Source of the DNA: a virus
Lineage: Duplodnaviria > Caudoviricetes
Strand: one strand, 5' to 3'
Virus record (IMG/VR): IMGVR_UViG_3300033463_000014
Location: 32,001-96,000 of that record
Length of the DNA: 64,000 bases
In this document: positions 1 through 9,867 of the stretch, one piece after another
Numbering within the stretch: position 1 is the first letter of the stretch
How the letters are laid out: each line of letters opens with the position of its first letter
Notes under the pieces: model-generated
What the model saw: only the letters and a program-made list of their open reading frames with translations
Told to the model about the DNA's origin: nothing
Databases searched by the model: none
Program-made: the position numbers and the translations under genes

Positions 1-945
1 CCCTTCCCCCATGACCCTGATCGCGGCGTCCCCGGGGTCCGGACGGAGGCAAAACCTGGACACGACGTTGCCGAAATAACCGGAGAGCTCCTTGAACCTA
101 GGCCGCATGGCCTGGTTCTCTCCGCCTATGGGAGCCTCCGCGTCCGGCGTCCAGACCTGCTGCCCCCTGTACTTCCCGCCCAGTCGCTCCTCCTGGAACA
201 CAGCGACGTCCCTCTCGGACGAGAGGAACCTTCCGTTGTGGAACTCGTGCAGGCTCCCGGACATCGAGTGGCGCTGGTAGGTCTCGCAGGTGACCCTCGC
301 CAGGTTCGAGAGGGCTGACACCCTCACGGAAGCCCCGCCGCCGAGCAGTGTGGCCGAGAACATTCCTCCCTTGATGCCGCAGTTGTGCTGGTTTACGTTG
401 GCGAACTCCCCCGGGTAGACGTCCGTGGGGCGTAAATGGGTGTGGATGTGCGTCGAGCCGTTGAACTCGTCGTGCATCGGCTTCATCATGCCGGGGACGT
501 TCCTGTCCCACGTCCTCCTCTCCAGATCGTCCATGGTGAAGAGGCGCCTGTGGTACTGGTCGGGGTCGTTGTACTCGTCTCCCGTGCCCGAGAACAGCAT
601 CTCGATTGGCATCCTTCCGATGATGACCCCGGACATGATCTTCCTCCCGACAGGCCTGACGAGCACGAACTCGCCTTCCCTCGGCGGGAACGTGCAGGAG
701 TAGCCGTATGAGAGGGAGACGGGCTCGTCGGCGAAACGGCAGCTCCACTGGCTGCTCGTCCCGAAGGCCTGGACCGTCGCCGTGTGCGTGTTCGGGTTGT
801 ATGTGATGACCCTTCCGAGGAGGACGTCCTCGACGCCGTTGTACGCTCCGGAATAGAAGCGCGTGCATCCCATCGGGTCTGAAGACCCGAACGGGACCGT
901 GCCGCCGACCCATCCCATCGGCAGGGCGTTTAGCGTGACTAGCAT
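1..945 (-). CDS. Probable baseplate spike/hub protein (gp5/gpV-like N-terminal OB fold); runs off the window edge
   Basis: Not in the ORF track because it is truncated. ATG at 945 with GGAGG RBS; frame open to position 1. Translation MLVTLNALP...LLGRVITYNPNTHTATVQ...FPPREGEFVLV...GVIIGRMP resembles the gp5/gpV OB-fold pattern. Lies directly downstream of the tube and sheath genes. Confidence 0.55.
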   Translation of the reverse strand, partial: MLVTLNALPMGWVGGTVPFGSSDPMGCTRFYSGAYNGVEDVLLGRVITYNPNTHTATVQAFGTSSQWSCRFADEPVSLSYGYSCTFPPREGEFVLVRPVGRKIMSGVIIGRMPIEMLFSGTGDEYNDPDQYHRRLFTMDDLERRTWDRNVPGMMKPMHDEFNGSTHIHTHLRPTDVYPGEFANVNQHNCGIKGGMFSATLLGGGASVRVSALSNLARVTCETYQRHSMSGSLHEFHNGRFLSSERDVAVFQEERLGGKYRGQQVWTPDAEAPIGGENQAMRPRFKELSGYFGNVVSRFCLRPDPGDAAIRVMGEG

Positions 946-977
946 GTTTAAGTATCCTCCCGATCCGTATCCGCCGA

Positions 978-986
978 ATTATACCA
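978..986 (-). promoter_or_regulatory. Extended -10 promoter motif TGGTATAAT
   Basis: TTTGGTATAAT between the tube terminator and the ATG at 945; same motif recurs upstream of other genes. Confidence 0.6.
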
Positions 987-1009
987 AACGCGGCCAGCTG
1001 TGACGGCTG

Positions 1010-1041
1010 AAAAAAAGGAGGCCCCGTTTCCGGTGGCCTCC
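1010..1041 (-). terminator. Rho-independent terminator after tail tube gene
   Basis: GGAGGCCACCG-GAAA-CGGGGCCTCC hairpin followed by a T7 tract on the minus strand. Confidence 0.85.
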
Positions 1042-1067
1042 GTTCGAGTCAAACTAGCCCGTCATCG

Positions 1068-1496
1068 TCACATGGTCAGGCCTGTGAACACCGCCTGAAC
1101 GCCCTGCCCGATGAACCCCCGCCCTCCCTGGACGGTCAGGCTGACGGCGCTCGCCACGCAGTTGTGGCAGGTCAGCGTCTTTCCGTAGATGTTGCAGGTC
1201 GATCCGCCGAACGTGACGGACATCGTGAACGTGTCGCACCCGCCCTCGTTCAGGTGCATCGCCTCCGCGATGTCGTAGTCCTTCGACAGGATCGTCTCCG
1301 CGGAGAACGAGCCCTGCGCCTCGCCGATACTGATGACGCGCTTGTCACCGATCGTGTTGATCACCTCGACCTGGCGGCCGAACTGGATCTGTGCGTTGAT
1401 GGCAAGCATCGTAGCCCCGTTGATGGTGATGATCGCCTTGCCAGTCCTTACGACCACGGGCTTTCCAGTGTCTGTTCCAAAAACCGAATTAGGCAT
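1068..1496 (-). CDS. Tail tube protein (putative)
   Basis: 142 aa, beta-rich; immediately downstream of the sheath gene; AAGGAG RBS; followed by a strong terminator. Confidence 0.7.
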   Translation of the reverse strand: MPNSVFGTDTGKPVVVRTGKAIITINGATMLAINAQIQFGRQVEVINTIGDKRVISIGEAQGSFSAETILSKDYDIAEAMHLNEGGCDTFTMSVTFGGSTCNIYGKTLTCHNCVASAVSLTVQGGRGFIGQGVQAVFTGLTM

Positions 1497-1528
1497 TTCT
1501 TTATCTCCTTGATTTCACAAGACCGGCG

Positions 1529-3754
1529 TTAGACCGTCAGGACGATGTCGATGCGGTTGCACGGGTACGGGACGCTGAGCCTGATGGCCACGTCCACGTG
1601 GTCCTTCACGAGGGGGTTCTGCCTGATGTAGAGGATCTCGGTCTCCTCCGCGATCAGCTGCGGGCCGTACACGCTCGAGCTGCCAGCGAACTGGTCGATC
1701 AGCCGGACGGCCAGGTTGTTCAGGATCGCGATCAGGCCCGGGAAGATGTTGTACTTGCCGTAGTACGGGCGGAAGGTATCGGCGAAGGCGTAGGAGATGC
1801 TGTCAACGTTCTTCGTGATCGAGATCTCCCCTGTGTTGAGGTTTCCGTCCGAGTACGCCGTCGTGATCTGGTGCCTGACGTAGACGACGTCGTCGGGGAG
1901 GTCCTGCGCGATGATGAGCGTCCCGCCGGCGGCGATCCTGTTGAGGTCGTCGCGGCCGTAGCGGCTGTAGGTGAGCGGGATGGAGTCGATCCCCCTGACC
2001 GTCATGTTCGTGAACGGCTGCTGGGGCTCGAGGGACGAAACGAGGCCGGCGATTGCGCAGGCCGCGAACTCGCCTGTCATCTCGACTCCTCCGGAGACGA
2101 ACTTCGGGGGGAACACGTTCATGGTCCTGCGGTCGGAGAGGTGCCGCGAAAGGCTCGCGATCTCGTCGGCGGACTCGGAGGCGGATAGCCTGTGGTAGAT
2201 CTCGATCTTGGCCGGCACGTAGCTCGTGCTGCCGATCTTTCCGAGACTGGACACGTCGACCTTTCCGTAGACCTCAACGGTGTAGTTGTTCACGACGCGC
2301 TTGACGGTGTAGGTGTCGGGCTCGGTCTCGCCCCAGGCGTTCTCGCCGAACCTGAACAGGACGATGTCTCCCTCTTTGAGGTTCGCCGAGCGGAGCGCGA
2401 TGTCCGTGTTGCCGTTCGTGTCCGAAACGGACTTTGTTACCCTGAGCATCGTGTAGTCCGTACCGTCTGGAGCGACGCCGACGGTCGGCGAAACGGGGAT
2501 CGCCAGGTAGTCGTTCCCGTTAAGGTCCATCGAGGAGTCCAGGACGGGAACCGTCTCAGGGACGTCCTTGGAGACGTACGAGACGCGCCACTGCTTCTCC
2601 GTCTCGCTGGACATGCTGGCGACGTGGCTCATGACCTTTTCGATGACGGCGCCGTCCCTCGTGACCGGCGCGAGGTTGTAGACCCTGCTGGTCAGGGACG
2701 CCTTGTTCAGCACGAAGTCCCAGCCCGCGGAATCGTTCGTCGGGATGGCCATGAAGTAGACCGGAGGGGCCTCGTTTCCGGACGCCGCGTTCAGGCAGGC
2801 CATGTGGACGCCCTCGGCGAGGGGGTTGTCCGGCGAGACCGCCCCGAGAAGCCCCTCCACCTGGGAGTCGCCGGTCACGGAATGGATGTTGTCAGCGTAG
2901 GACGTGTCGAGCTCGCGGAACTGGACGTAGAGGTCTGCGAAAAGGACGCCGCTGTATTGCGGCTCCTCGAAGTAGTCGGTGACCTTGAACTTCAGGGTGG
3001 TGATCTGGACGCCGTAGAAAGACCCGTCGCTGTCAGTCAGTTTCGTGTCGGGCTGCGTCCACTGGTAGTTTCCCGGGCGGTCGAAGTCCTTAGATGTGAA
3101 CTCGACGCCGCTCCGGACCTCGACGAGCTTGACGGAGACGGAGGATGTGTTGACGGTATCGGGGATGGCGTCTCCGATCGTGATGACCGTTCCGACAGCG
3201 ATCTCCGTAGAGGAGTCGCCTCCGGATAGCGAGCTGTCGATATCCGTCGCGCTGTCGTAGTACCGGAATCCCTTGACGGTGGTCTTCAGGTAGGTGGTAG
3301 GGGCGCCCGATCCGGTCTCCTGATAGGATACGATCAGCGTGTCGCCGACCTTAAGGTCCTGTTTGAGGGCGTCCATCCTGCCCTGTCCGGCCACTTTTTC
3401 GCCGGCGAGCCCGAGGAGGGTGTACCCGCCGTTCGCGTCACGCACGGCCTTGACGGCGTCCTTCTCGGGGAGCGTCACGCTGCCGATGTTCGCGAGCTCG
3501 ACGACCACGTTGTCGCCGAAGAGCCTCGTGAAGGACTTGTCCACCTTCTCCTCGTCGAGTACGGAGGGATAGCGGACGCTCATGGAGGCGCCCTCGTAAA
3601 GCCCGACGTACGTTCCCGCCTTCTCTGCCTCGTCCGTGTACCTGTGGAGATAGAAGCTCGGCCCGAAGACGAAAGCGGGCTGCTCACGCTCGACCGAAGT
3701 CGGGGCGATTGTCAGATCCTGTTTTACAGTGACCATCGGTTGCTGGTATGCCAT
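1529..3754 (-). CDS. Contractile tail sheath protein
   Basis: 741 aa; sheath-like C-terminus (ACAIAGLVS...PFTNMTV...LNRIAAGG...VYVRHQITT...EISITKNVDSIS...VPYPCNRIDIVLTV); AAGGAG RBS. Confidence 0.85.
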   Translation of the reverse strand: MAYQQPMVTVKQDLTIAPTSVEREQPAFVFGPSFYLHRYTDEAEKAGTYVGLYEGASMSVRYPSVLDEEKVDKSFTRLFGDNVVVELANIGSVTLPEKDAVKAVRDANGGYTLLGLAGEKVAGQGRMDALKQDLKVGDTLIVSYQETGSGAPTTYLKTTVKGFRYYDSATDIDSSLSGGDSSTEIAVGTVITIGDAIPDTVNTSSVSVKLVEVRSGVEFTSKDFDRPGNYQWTQPDTKLTDSDGSFYGVQITTLKFKVTDYFEEPQYSGVLFADLYVQFRELDTSYADNIHSVTGDSQVEGLLGAVSPDNPLAEGVHMACLNAASGNEAPPVYFMAIPTNDSAGWDFVLNKASLTSRVYNLAPVTRDGAVIEKVMSHVASMSSETEKQWRVSYVSKDVPETVPVLDSSMDLNGNDYLAIPVSPTVGVAPDGTDYTMLRVTKSVSDTNGNTDIALRSANLKEGDIVLFRFGENAWGETEPDTYTVKRVVNNYTVEVYGKVDVSSLGKIGSTSYVPAKIEIYHRLSASESADEIASLSRHLSDRRTMNVFPPKFVSGGVEMTGEFAACAIAGLVSSLEPQQPFTNMTVRGIDSIPLTYSRYGRDDLNRIAAGGTLIIAQDLPDDVVYVRHQITTAYSDGNLNTGEISITKNVDSISYAFADTFRPYYGKYNIFPGLIAILNNLAVRLIDQFAGSSSVYGPQLIAEETEILYIRQNPLVKDHVDVAIRLSVPYPCNRIDIVLTV

Positions 3755-3830
3755 TCATTTCTCCTTCCGTGGAGACCCGTTGCGGGCTCGTAAAGATTGA
3801 CTCTGAACATTATCCTACATAAGAGGAGGC

Positions 3831-4634
3831 CTAGTTGTCAACGGGCGTGTCCGTCTCGGAAGACAGGTCGCCGAACCTGATGTCGGTCACTCCGGGCGTG
3901 ACGTCGACCGGCGTTCCGGACACGAAGATCCCGGTCGGGAGGACCGGCTTCATGCCGACGGTCTTCAGAATGGGCGACTCGATCTTCACGGACCACGCGT
4001 CCGCCCAAGAAAACGAGACCTGAACGGCGGACATCAGCCTGTCCCTGCCGTCCGCCTGCCCCGATTCGCCCTTCTGGACCGGGACGCGCCCCCTGACGAC
4101 GAAGCTCTCGAAGCAGTACTGGTCGGCGATCTGGCCCTGGAGGGAGGAAAGGAAGCTCTCCGTGTTGTCAGCGAGGCAGCACGCCTCACCGACGCTTGTC
4201 CCGACGTGCGCGAAGGTTGCGGAGCACGACCCGGTGCGCTCGTAGCGCATCTCACCTCCCGGGCTGACGTACGTCAGGCCCTCCGGGCTGATGGACGGGA
4301 CGGGCTCGTAGGCGATCTCGCCAAGCCTGACGAAGATGGCAGGCAGAAAGTCTGGGCGCATGTCCTCCCACCTGAGCTCGGTGTCTATCCATATCCCGGT
4401 ACGCTCAGGATCAGGCTTCCAGACGACGCTAGGGCATCCGAACACGCGCCCCTTTTTGTCCGCGTATATCGAGCGCGCGGTGGAGACGAGCATGGCGTAG
4501 AGGACGGACGCGGACTTCCTGAGCTCGCAGATGTGCTCCATCCCGCCCACGCGGTGCCACGGCTGCACCTCCTCCTGTGAAATCCCCAAACGCGCCTTAC
4601 TGATCCTCGGGTCAGACGCCTTCCTCCTGCCCAT
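3831..4634 (-). CDS. Putative tail terminator/neck protein
   Basis: 267 aa; lies between head-closure and sheath genes; PAIFVRLG segment and beta-strand pattern like tail-completion proteins. Confidence 0.5.
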   Translation of the reverse strand: MGRRKASDPRISKARLGISQEEVQPWHRVGGMEHICELRKSASVLYAMLVSTARSIYADKKGRVFGCPSVVWKPDPERTGIWIDTELRWEDMRPDFLPAIFVRLGEIAYEPVPSISPEGLTYVSPGGEMRYERTGSCSATFAHVGTSVGEACCLADNTESFLSSLQGQIADQYCFESFVVRGRVPVQKGESGQADGRDRLMSAVQVSFSWADAWSVKIESPILKTVGMKPVLPTGIFVSGTPVDVTPGVTDIRFGDLSSETDTPVDN

Positions 4635-4635
4635 C

Positions 4636-5454
4636 CTAGTCCTCCCCTTCTCCGGAATCCGTTCCGCCGGCGACGCCTATCCTGTAGGCCGCGTCGCTGA
4701 GCGGGGCCTCGCTGAACGAGACGTTCTGCAGGCAGGGTATGCGCCTCACCTCGGACGTCACGCTGACTGACGCTATGACGTAACGCTTGTCCTGAGCCCT
4801 GTCGATGACGACGTCCCCCATCTTCAGGACGGGGTTTCCGATCGCAAGGGCCTCGAACACGCGCTCCTCCCGCGTGCCGTCGTTCGTCCTCGCCTCCCTG
4901 TGGGCCGCGTCGGCCGAGAAGGACATCATCATCCTGTGCGGGCCGTAGTAGGCCGGGAACCTTCCGGTCCCGAAGCACTTCGGGCAGTGCGTGTCCCTGA
5001 CGACGCCTGTCACCGGGTCGAGGCACCTCGGGCATCTCGGGCCGAACGTCGAGCGGATGTACACGTCGCACTCGACGCCGGCGAGGACGCGGGCCCTCAG
5101 GAGCTCCCTCCGGATGATCTCGCGAGCGAGAAGGAAGTCGCGCCTCCCGAGATCACCGTACGGCTGCCTGGCCGAGGAGAAGTACGTTCCCTTCGGCGTG
5201 TCCATCCTAAGCCTGAAATACAGGACGTCCGACTTCCCGACGAGGTTCTCTCCCCCGGGAGCCCTCCACGAAACGACGTTGACGAGGACGGGCGACACGT
5301 CCTCCCACGGCCCGCCGGACGAAGGGCCCCTCTGCACGCGGAAGGTCCACGGCGATGGGTCGCTGAACCCGCCGAAGACCTCCCACGAGTAGGAGAATCC
5401 GCCCGCGTAGCCTGGCGCTATCGTGAACGCGCTGAATGGGCTCTCAACAGGCAT
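4636..5454 (-). CDS. Putative head closure/neck protein with Zn-finger insert
   Basis: 272 aa; CPRCLDPVTG...CPKCFGTG and PVLKMGDVVID...RYVI; neck position. Confidence 0.55.
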   Translation of the reverse strand: MPVESPFSAFTIAPGYAGGFSYSWEVFGGFSDPSPWTFRVQRGPSSGGPWEDVSPVLVNVVSWRAPGGENLVGKSDVLYFRLRMDTPKGTYFSSARQPYGDLGRRDFLLAREIIRRELLRARVLAGVECDVYIRSTFGPRCPRCLDPVTGVVRDTHCPKCFGTGRFPAYYGPHRMMMSFSADAAHREARTNDGTREERVFEALAIGNPVLKMGDVVIDRAQDKRYVIASVSVTSEVRRIPCLQNVSFSEAPLSDAAYRIGVAGGTDSGEGED

Positions 5455-5456
5455 TC

Positions 5457-5615
5457 CTACTTTCTGTCCGGGCTAGGACGCCTTTCGGTCTTGTGTTCTT
5501 GCCGCCCGGTATTCCCACCGTCTGCTTTCGCCGCGAACTTGGCGAGCGCGACCGGATCGACCCCTCGGTCCTCGGCTGCCTTGACGAAACCCCTAATGAA
5601 TGTCTCTCTGCTCAT
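5457..5615 (-). CDS. Small virion-associated protein with GFxKAAxxxGVDP motif
   Basis: Start moved to ATG 5615 (AGGAG RBS), 52 aa; FIRGFVKAAEDRGVDPVALAKFA matches the scaffold C-terminus. Confidence 0.55.
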   Translation of the reverse strand: MSRETFIRGFVKAAEDRGVDPVALAKFAAKADGGNTGRQEHKTERRPSPDRK

Positions 5616-5634
5616 GCGTTTCTCCTGTTGCCAC

Positions 5635-6579
5635 TTATTTACCACTGCCTTGTCCGTCGGTCTGTGCGTCATCAAGCGCCTTTAACAGGCTTCCCCAGTC
5701 GATCCTGGAGGCACCTCCTGCGAGGGCTCCCAAAGCGGCCCCCCTGCCGGCTTTACCACCGAAAAGCTTGCTTATGGCGGCTCCGCCTATCGCGCCTCCT
5801 CCCGTTGAAAGGAGAGCCTTCGTCACGGCGTTCTGTTGCCCGTACCAGTCCCTGGCCCTTCCAGCGTATTTCCCGATCTGCTCCTTGACCTGGTCCCATG
5901 TCGCGGACGCCTTTTTCTCGGCATTGCCATTGGCCTCGGCCTCGTCCCTTTCTCCCTGCGATCTGCCTAAGCGCTTGAGAAGGCCATAATCCGCGAGCCC
6001 AGGAACTACATACTTTGCGAGTAACGAACCCTTGTCAGCCTCGATCTGCTCCCTAGCCGTTCTGCGTCGTTTCACAGCGGCCGCTATGGCCGCCGCAAGA
6101 TGTCCGGCTACTGCCAGTGCAGCTCCGGAAGCCCCTCCTTTTATGGCTCCTTTCTTCCCGCCGGCCGCCGCTCCTATTCCAGCTCCAGCTCCAATAGCCG
6201 ACAGTAGAGCTATCGGACTACCAATATGCTCTGCAACGGCGTGCGCGACAGGTCTTGCGTCTTTGTCTCCCTCGTTCTCTTTGATGGCGGCAAGTTCCCT
6301 CATCACTTGCGTCTTTATGCGGTTACCCAGCCGATATGAACCTACCCCAGGGAAAAAAGCTGGCCACATTTTTTTCTGTCGGTTGTCCGGTTGGGACGCC
6401 AGTCCAGCAAGATACGCGAGGCCCATTTTGGAAGCCGCCACTGGACCCACACCCGGAAGTGCAGAAATCAAAGCGGATGCCGGCATCCCGGCTACCACAT
6501 CTCCGGCAACACCGACACCTTCCGCGCGCTTCACGGATGAACACTTCTCCATTGCCATGGTTAGCTTTTCCTTATACAT
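5635..6579 (-). CDS. Putative internal virion/ejection protein, Gly/Ala-rich hydrophobic segments, KxA motifs
   Basis: 314 aa; VKRAE and EKKAS motifs; glycine-zipper-like stretches; AAGGA RBS. Confidence 0.6.
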   Translation of the reverse strand: MYKEKLTMAMEKCSSVKRAEGVGVAGDVVAGMPASALISALPGVGPVAASKMGLAYLAGLASQPDNRQKKMWPAFFPGVGSYRLGNRIKTQVMRELAAIKENEGDKDARPVAHAVAEHIGSPIALLSAIGAGAGIGAAAGGKKGAIKGGASGAALAVAGHLAAAIAAAVKRRRTAREQIEADKGSLLAKYVVPGLADYGLLKRLGRSQGERDEAEANGNAEKKASATWDQVKEQIGKYAGRARDWYGQQNAVTKALLSTGGGAIGGAAISKLFGGKAGRGAALGALAGGASRIDWGSLLKALDDAQTDGQGSGK

Positions 6580-6593
6580 GCCTTATCCTTTCA

Positions 6594-9335
6594 TCAGTCC
6601 TGCTGGACCGTCTTCTCCTTGAGCTGTAGCGTGAGGTCGCCCAGCGACTTGAACACGTTGCGGAGCCTGTCCTCCATCTGGACGACGTCGTCGCTCCCGT
6701 ACCTCTGGTTGAAGTCCTCGTGCTTCCAGTAGAACAGGAACAGGATGCGTCCGAGCCGGTCGATCGTGTCCATGAACTCAGGGACGTACGAGTCTACGAC
6801 GTTGCCAACGTCGTAGACCTTGACGAGCCCGCCGATGGCGGCCTGGTCGAACACGTGGCGCTGACCGGCGGCCGCCGCATCCGCGGCGAGGGCCTTCGCC
6901 TCCTCGTCAAGCGGGAGGGCGCCCTCGAGCGAGTCCGTGTGCCCGTCGGGGATCTCCTCGCCCCCCATGTTGCGCTCCATCTCTCCGCCGATGTTGATGC
7001 CGCGAGTCATGCCGCCCTCGGGCGGGAGCCCCGGGACGCCGGTGAACTGGCCGTGGACCATCTCGACGTACGGCGACGCGTATACGGGAACTCCGGAGTA
7101 GGGGTCCGTCGCGGGGATCTGGTCCATCGGGGCAGGCATCGCGACGTTCACGAGGCTTCCGACCTGCGCCGACTTCCCAATCCCGGCCTTTCCGGACAGG
7201 GACGGTACCATTACGAGAATCCTTACGCCGTCCGAGGAAGCAGCCGCCTTTGAGAGGTAAGAGAACGCCCGCCTTGGCCTCATACCGAACCTTGTGACGA
7301 GGTCTACGGCCGCCTGCTTGTATCCCATGGGGCCGTGCGGGCGTTTGGCGCCGTCGACGCTGAAGTAGAAGTCGGATCCGTCTGAGGCGATCTTGATCCT
7401 CTCGACTCCCTCGCTCTTCATCTGGTCGAGGATGTCCCCGGGATGTCCGAACGTGTACCTGCTGATCAGGGCCTTCCGTTCCTCGCCGGCCCTGGCAATG
7501 CTCATTTCCCGATCCGCATCGCTCTCGTCCGGATTGTATGCGTGTTCCGGCAGCGTCCTGACCTTTAGCGCCTTCCAGTCTGCAGGGATGATGACTCCGG
7601 ACGATGTCTTCTTCGGCATGCCGCCCTCCGAGCCGACGCTGAGGAAGTCCGAGGACCCGCAGATTTCGCACTCGCAGCAATTGTCTGCGTCGTACCACGT
7701 CTTCCTTCTCCCGTCGAAGTCGTGGTAGCGGTCGGACATATCCCAGTCCATGAAACCGTAATGCGGCTCAAGGGAACCGGACGGCTCTGTCTCGATGACG
7801 CAGTTCCCCCATCCGGTTGAGAACCTAGTGTGGTCCCCGTCCTTGAAGACGTGCTTGATGAAGAACGGACCGGCCGCATTCCCCTTGTCGTCGATGAACA
7901 TGTACGGCGTTCCCCTGTCCCTTCCGTCAGTCCCGACCTCGATTCCGCCGATGTCGGAAGCCTTCCCGTAAAGAGCCTTGAGATCGTCACCCTTGTCATC
8001 CTTCGCGGAATCCTCCTTGAACTCAGTCGTGAGGACTGACATCGGGGATGCCTCCGCGATCACGAACCCGTTGTCCTCGAAGCAGAAAAGCGTGCAGTCC
8101 TTGCCGCAGGTCGGAGAGACGACTGCGTTCAGCATAAAGCCCTCGCGGGTCATACCGTCCCCCATTACGAAATTGTACATCCCGGGACCGTCCGGAGGAT
8201 TGAACCTGCGCTCGAAGCTGACGAGGGCGTCGTCGTCCGTAACCTTGGCCGTCTCCTCGTCAGGGCGGAGATCCTCGATGGTGAAGTCGCGCTCGACGAT
8301 CTGCCTGGCGTTCTCCTCGACCGTGAGAGGGCTATCCTCCTTACCGACGTCGGATGCAGGGGTGTCCTGGGCGGACTTAGACAGGTCACCGATGTCACCG
8401 ACGACCCTTACCTTAGGCGATGAAGCGGCGATCTTGCGCATCCTGTCGACGTGGATGGATGCGTTCGCGAGCCTGTCGGTCCAGAACGCTCCTGCGTCCT
8501 TGTAGAGCGTGAGGGCCGCGTTGGCGAACCCTGCGTCGTGCATTGCCCCGAGGAACATGACCATGCACTCCGGTCCTCCCACCTTCTCCATGAAGGACCG
8601 GATGTATCCGGACTCGGCGCGCTTCTCAACCTTTCCAACCACCGACGACGCGAGGCCTGCCAACATTTCCGCGGTGTCCGGATCGGAGAGGGCTTTCGCG
8701 GTAGCCTCCTTGATGTGTTCCCACGCGTCGGAGAACGTCCACAACTCGTCTTTTTCAGCCGATCCCATCTTCCCGAGCATCACCTGCGGGCGCTGGACAA
8801 ACGTGAGGTCAGGATTCCGCATGGTCTCCCTGACGCGGTCGTCGGCAGCCTCGCCGATGCTGACGGAATGCCGGCTGATGATGAAGTCGATCCATTTCTC
8901 CTCAAGCGGGATGAACTGGTTCGTCTTCTTGTTGAGGATCATGTCGATCCCGCGAACCTGATTGTTCAGGAAGAACGCGGGGACATAGTAGAAGTCGTCG
9001 CCGATCTTGTATCCGAAGATGCCGACGGCCTTCGAGCCGTCCTCGCTCCTGTCGACGACCTCGAACCCGATGAGGTACTTGATGAGGGCCGGCGCCCTGT
9101 CCTGGACGAACTGGAACGCGAGCGACCCGAAATCGTCCTCGTACTGGCGCTGGTTCGCCGACTCCGGGGCCTGCATCTCGTCCGGGTTACCAGTCACGGG
9201 GGACTGTCCCGGGTCTGGCGGGATCCCCTCAGGGCCTCCCGGCGCAGCCATCTGCGCCTCCTTGAAAATGAGCGTTCCCAGCCCGATTTTCGGGCTTATC
9301 CTGAGAGAGTCGAAAGTGGGTCTAGAGCTTGCCAT
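6594..9335 (-). CDS. Large putative head protein of unknown function, multiple KxA motifs
   Basis: 913 aa; AAAGGAG RBS; FKEAQ, EKRAE, RKIAA, SKSAQ, GKSAQ; located in the head module. Confidence 0.7.
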   Translation of the reverse strand: MASSRPTFDSLRISPKIGLGTLIFKEAQMAAPGGPEGIPPDPGQSPVTGNPDEMQAPESANQRQYEDDFGSLAFQFVQDRAPALIKYLIGFEVVDRSEDGSKAVGIFGYKIGDDFYYVPAFFLNNQVRGIDMILNKKTNQFIPLEEKWIDFIISRHSVSIGEAADDRVRETMRNPDLTFVQRPQVMLGKMGSAEKDELWTFSDAWEHIKEATAKALSDPDTAEMLAGLASSVVGKVEKRAESGYIRSFMEKVGGPECMVMFLGAMHDAGFANAALTLYKDAGAFWTDRLANASIHVDRMRKIAASSPKVRVVGDIGDLSKSAQDTPASDVGKEDSPLTVEENARQIVERDFTIEDLRPDEETAKVTDDDALVSFERRFNPPDGPGMYNFVMGDGMTREGFMLNAVVSPTCGKDCTLFCFEDNGFVIAEASPMSVLTTEFKEDSAKDDKGDDLKALYGKASDIGGIEVGTDGRDRGTPYMFIDDKGNAAGPFFIKHVFKDGDHTRFSTGWGNCVIETEPSGSLEPHYGFMDWDMSDRYHDFDGRRKTWYDADNCCECEICGSSDFLSVGSEGGMPKKTSSGVIIPADWKALKVRTLPEHAYNPDESDADREMSIARAGEERKALISRYTFGHPGDILDQMKSEGVERIKIASDGSDFYFSVDGAKRPHGPMGYKQAAVDLVTRFGMRPRRAFSYLSKAAASSDGVRILVMVPSLSGKAGIGKSAQVGSLVNVAMPAPMDQIPATDPYSGVPVYASPYVEMVHGQFTGVPGLPPEGGMTRGINIGGEMERNMGGEEIPDGHTDSLEGALPLDEEAKALAADAAAAGQRHVFDQAAIGGLVKVYDVGNVVDSYVPEFMDTIDRLGRILFLFYWKHEDFNQRYGSDDVVQMEDRLRNVFKSLGDLTLQLKEKTVQQD

Positions 9336-9358
9336 TGCTTCTCCTTTGATTCGTCCCT

Positions 9359-9367
9359 ATTATACCA
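9359..9367 (-). promoter_or_regulatory. Extended -10 promoter motif TGGTATAAT
   Basis: GTTGGTATAAT about 24 nt upstream of the ATG at 9335. Confidence 0.6.
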
Positions 9368-9405
9368 ACAAATGCCCGAAACATCTTTTGCTGAGGGCCA
9401 GCGGC

Positions 9406-9867
9406 CTACGCCCACCCCCATCCGAGATTGGCGTTCAGCTCGCGCTTTTTCTTCCTCACCGCGGTAAGGAACTCGTCCCTGAGCCGCATGGACGCCTGGT
9501 CATACTCTGCAGCCTTCGCCTGGTCGTTGACCGACGTTCCACCCGCGCTGATCTGGAGGCTGTTCCTCCTGTACCGGTGGGCCGCCATGGCGAGAAGGTT
9601 GGACGCGACGCCGAGGAGGAGAATCGATCGGTAGGGGAACTTGTCCCAGTCCGTCCTGTAGATCTCCGGCGGAGTGTCGTTCCACCTGTCCACCGTGATG
9701 TTCATAGCCGTCCGGATCTCCTCCGGAGTGAACTCGAAATCGTCGAGAAGGATGTTCGCCGCCGGGTTTTTGTCCCTGAGGAAGACGCGGACCTCCATGT
9801 CCGTCATCGGGGCGTCGTTTCCCTTTGGATCGATCGGCCTACCGTCTCTGTCCGTCACACCAGCCAT
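9406..9867 (-). CDS. Putative head-tail adaptor/connector
   Basis: 153 aa helical protein (EVRVFLRDKNP...NILLDDFEF...WNDTPP...SAGGTSVND); two genes downstream of the major capsid gene. Confidence 0.6.
   Translation of the reverse strand: MAGVTDRDGRPIDPKGNDAPMTDMEVRVFLRDKNPAANILLDDFEFTPEEIRTAMNITVDRWNDTPPEIYRTDWDKFPYRSILLLGVASNLLAMAAHRYRRNSLQISAGGTSVNDQAKAAEYDQASMRLRDEFLTAVRKKKRELNANLGWGWA

Noticed and set aside
98-913. 271-aa minus-strand ORF in the track
   Set aside because: Arg/Pro-rich shadow frame; the real gene is the edge-truncated frame starting at ATG 945 with an RBS.
6594-9335. Portal protein or tape measure assignment for the 913-aa ORF
   Set aside because: No portal or tape-measure features recognised; multiple internal KxA motifs fit an internal head protein better. 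No portal was identified in the window.
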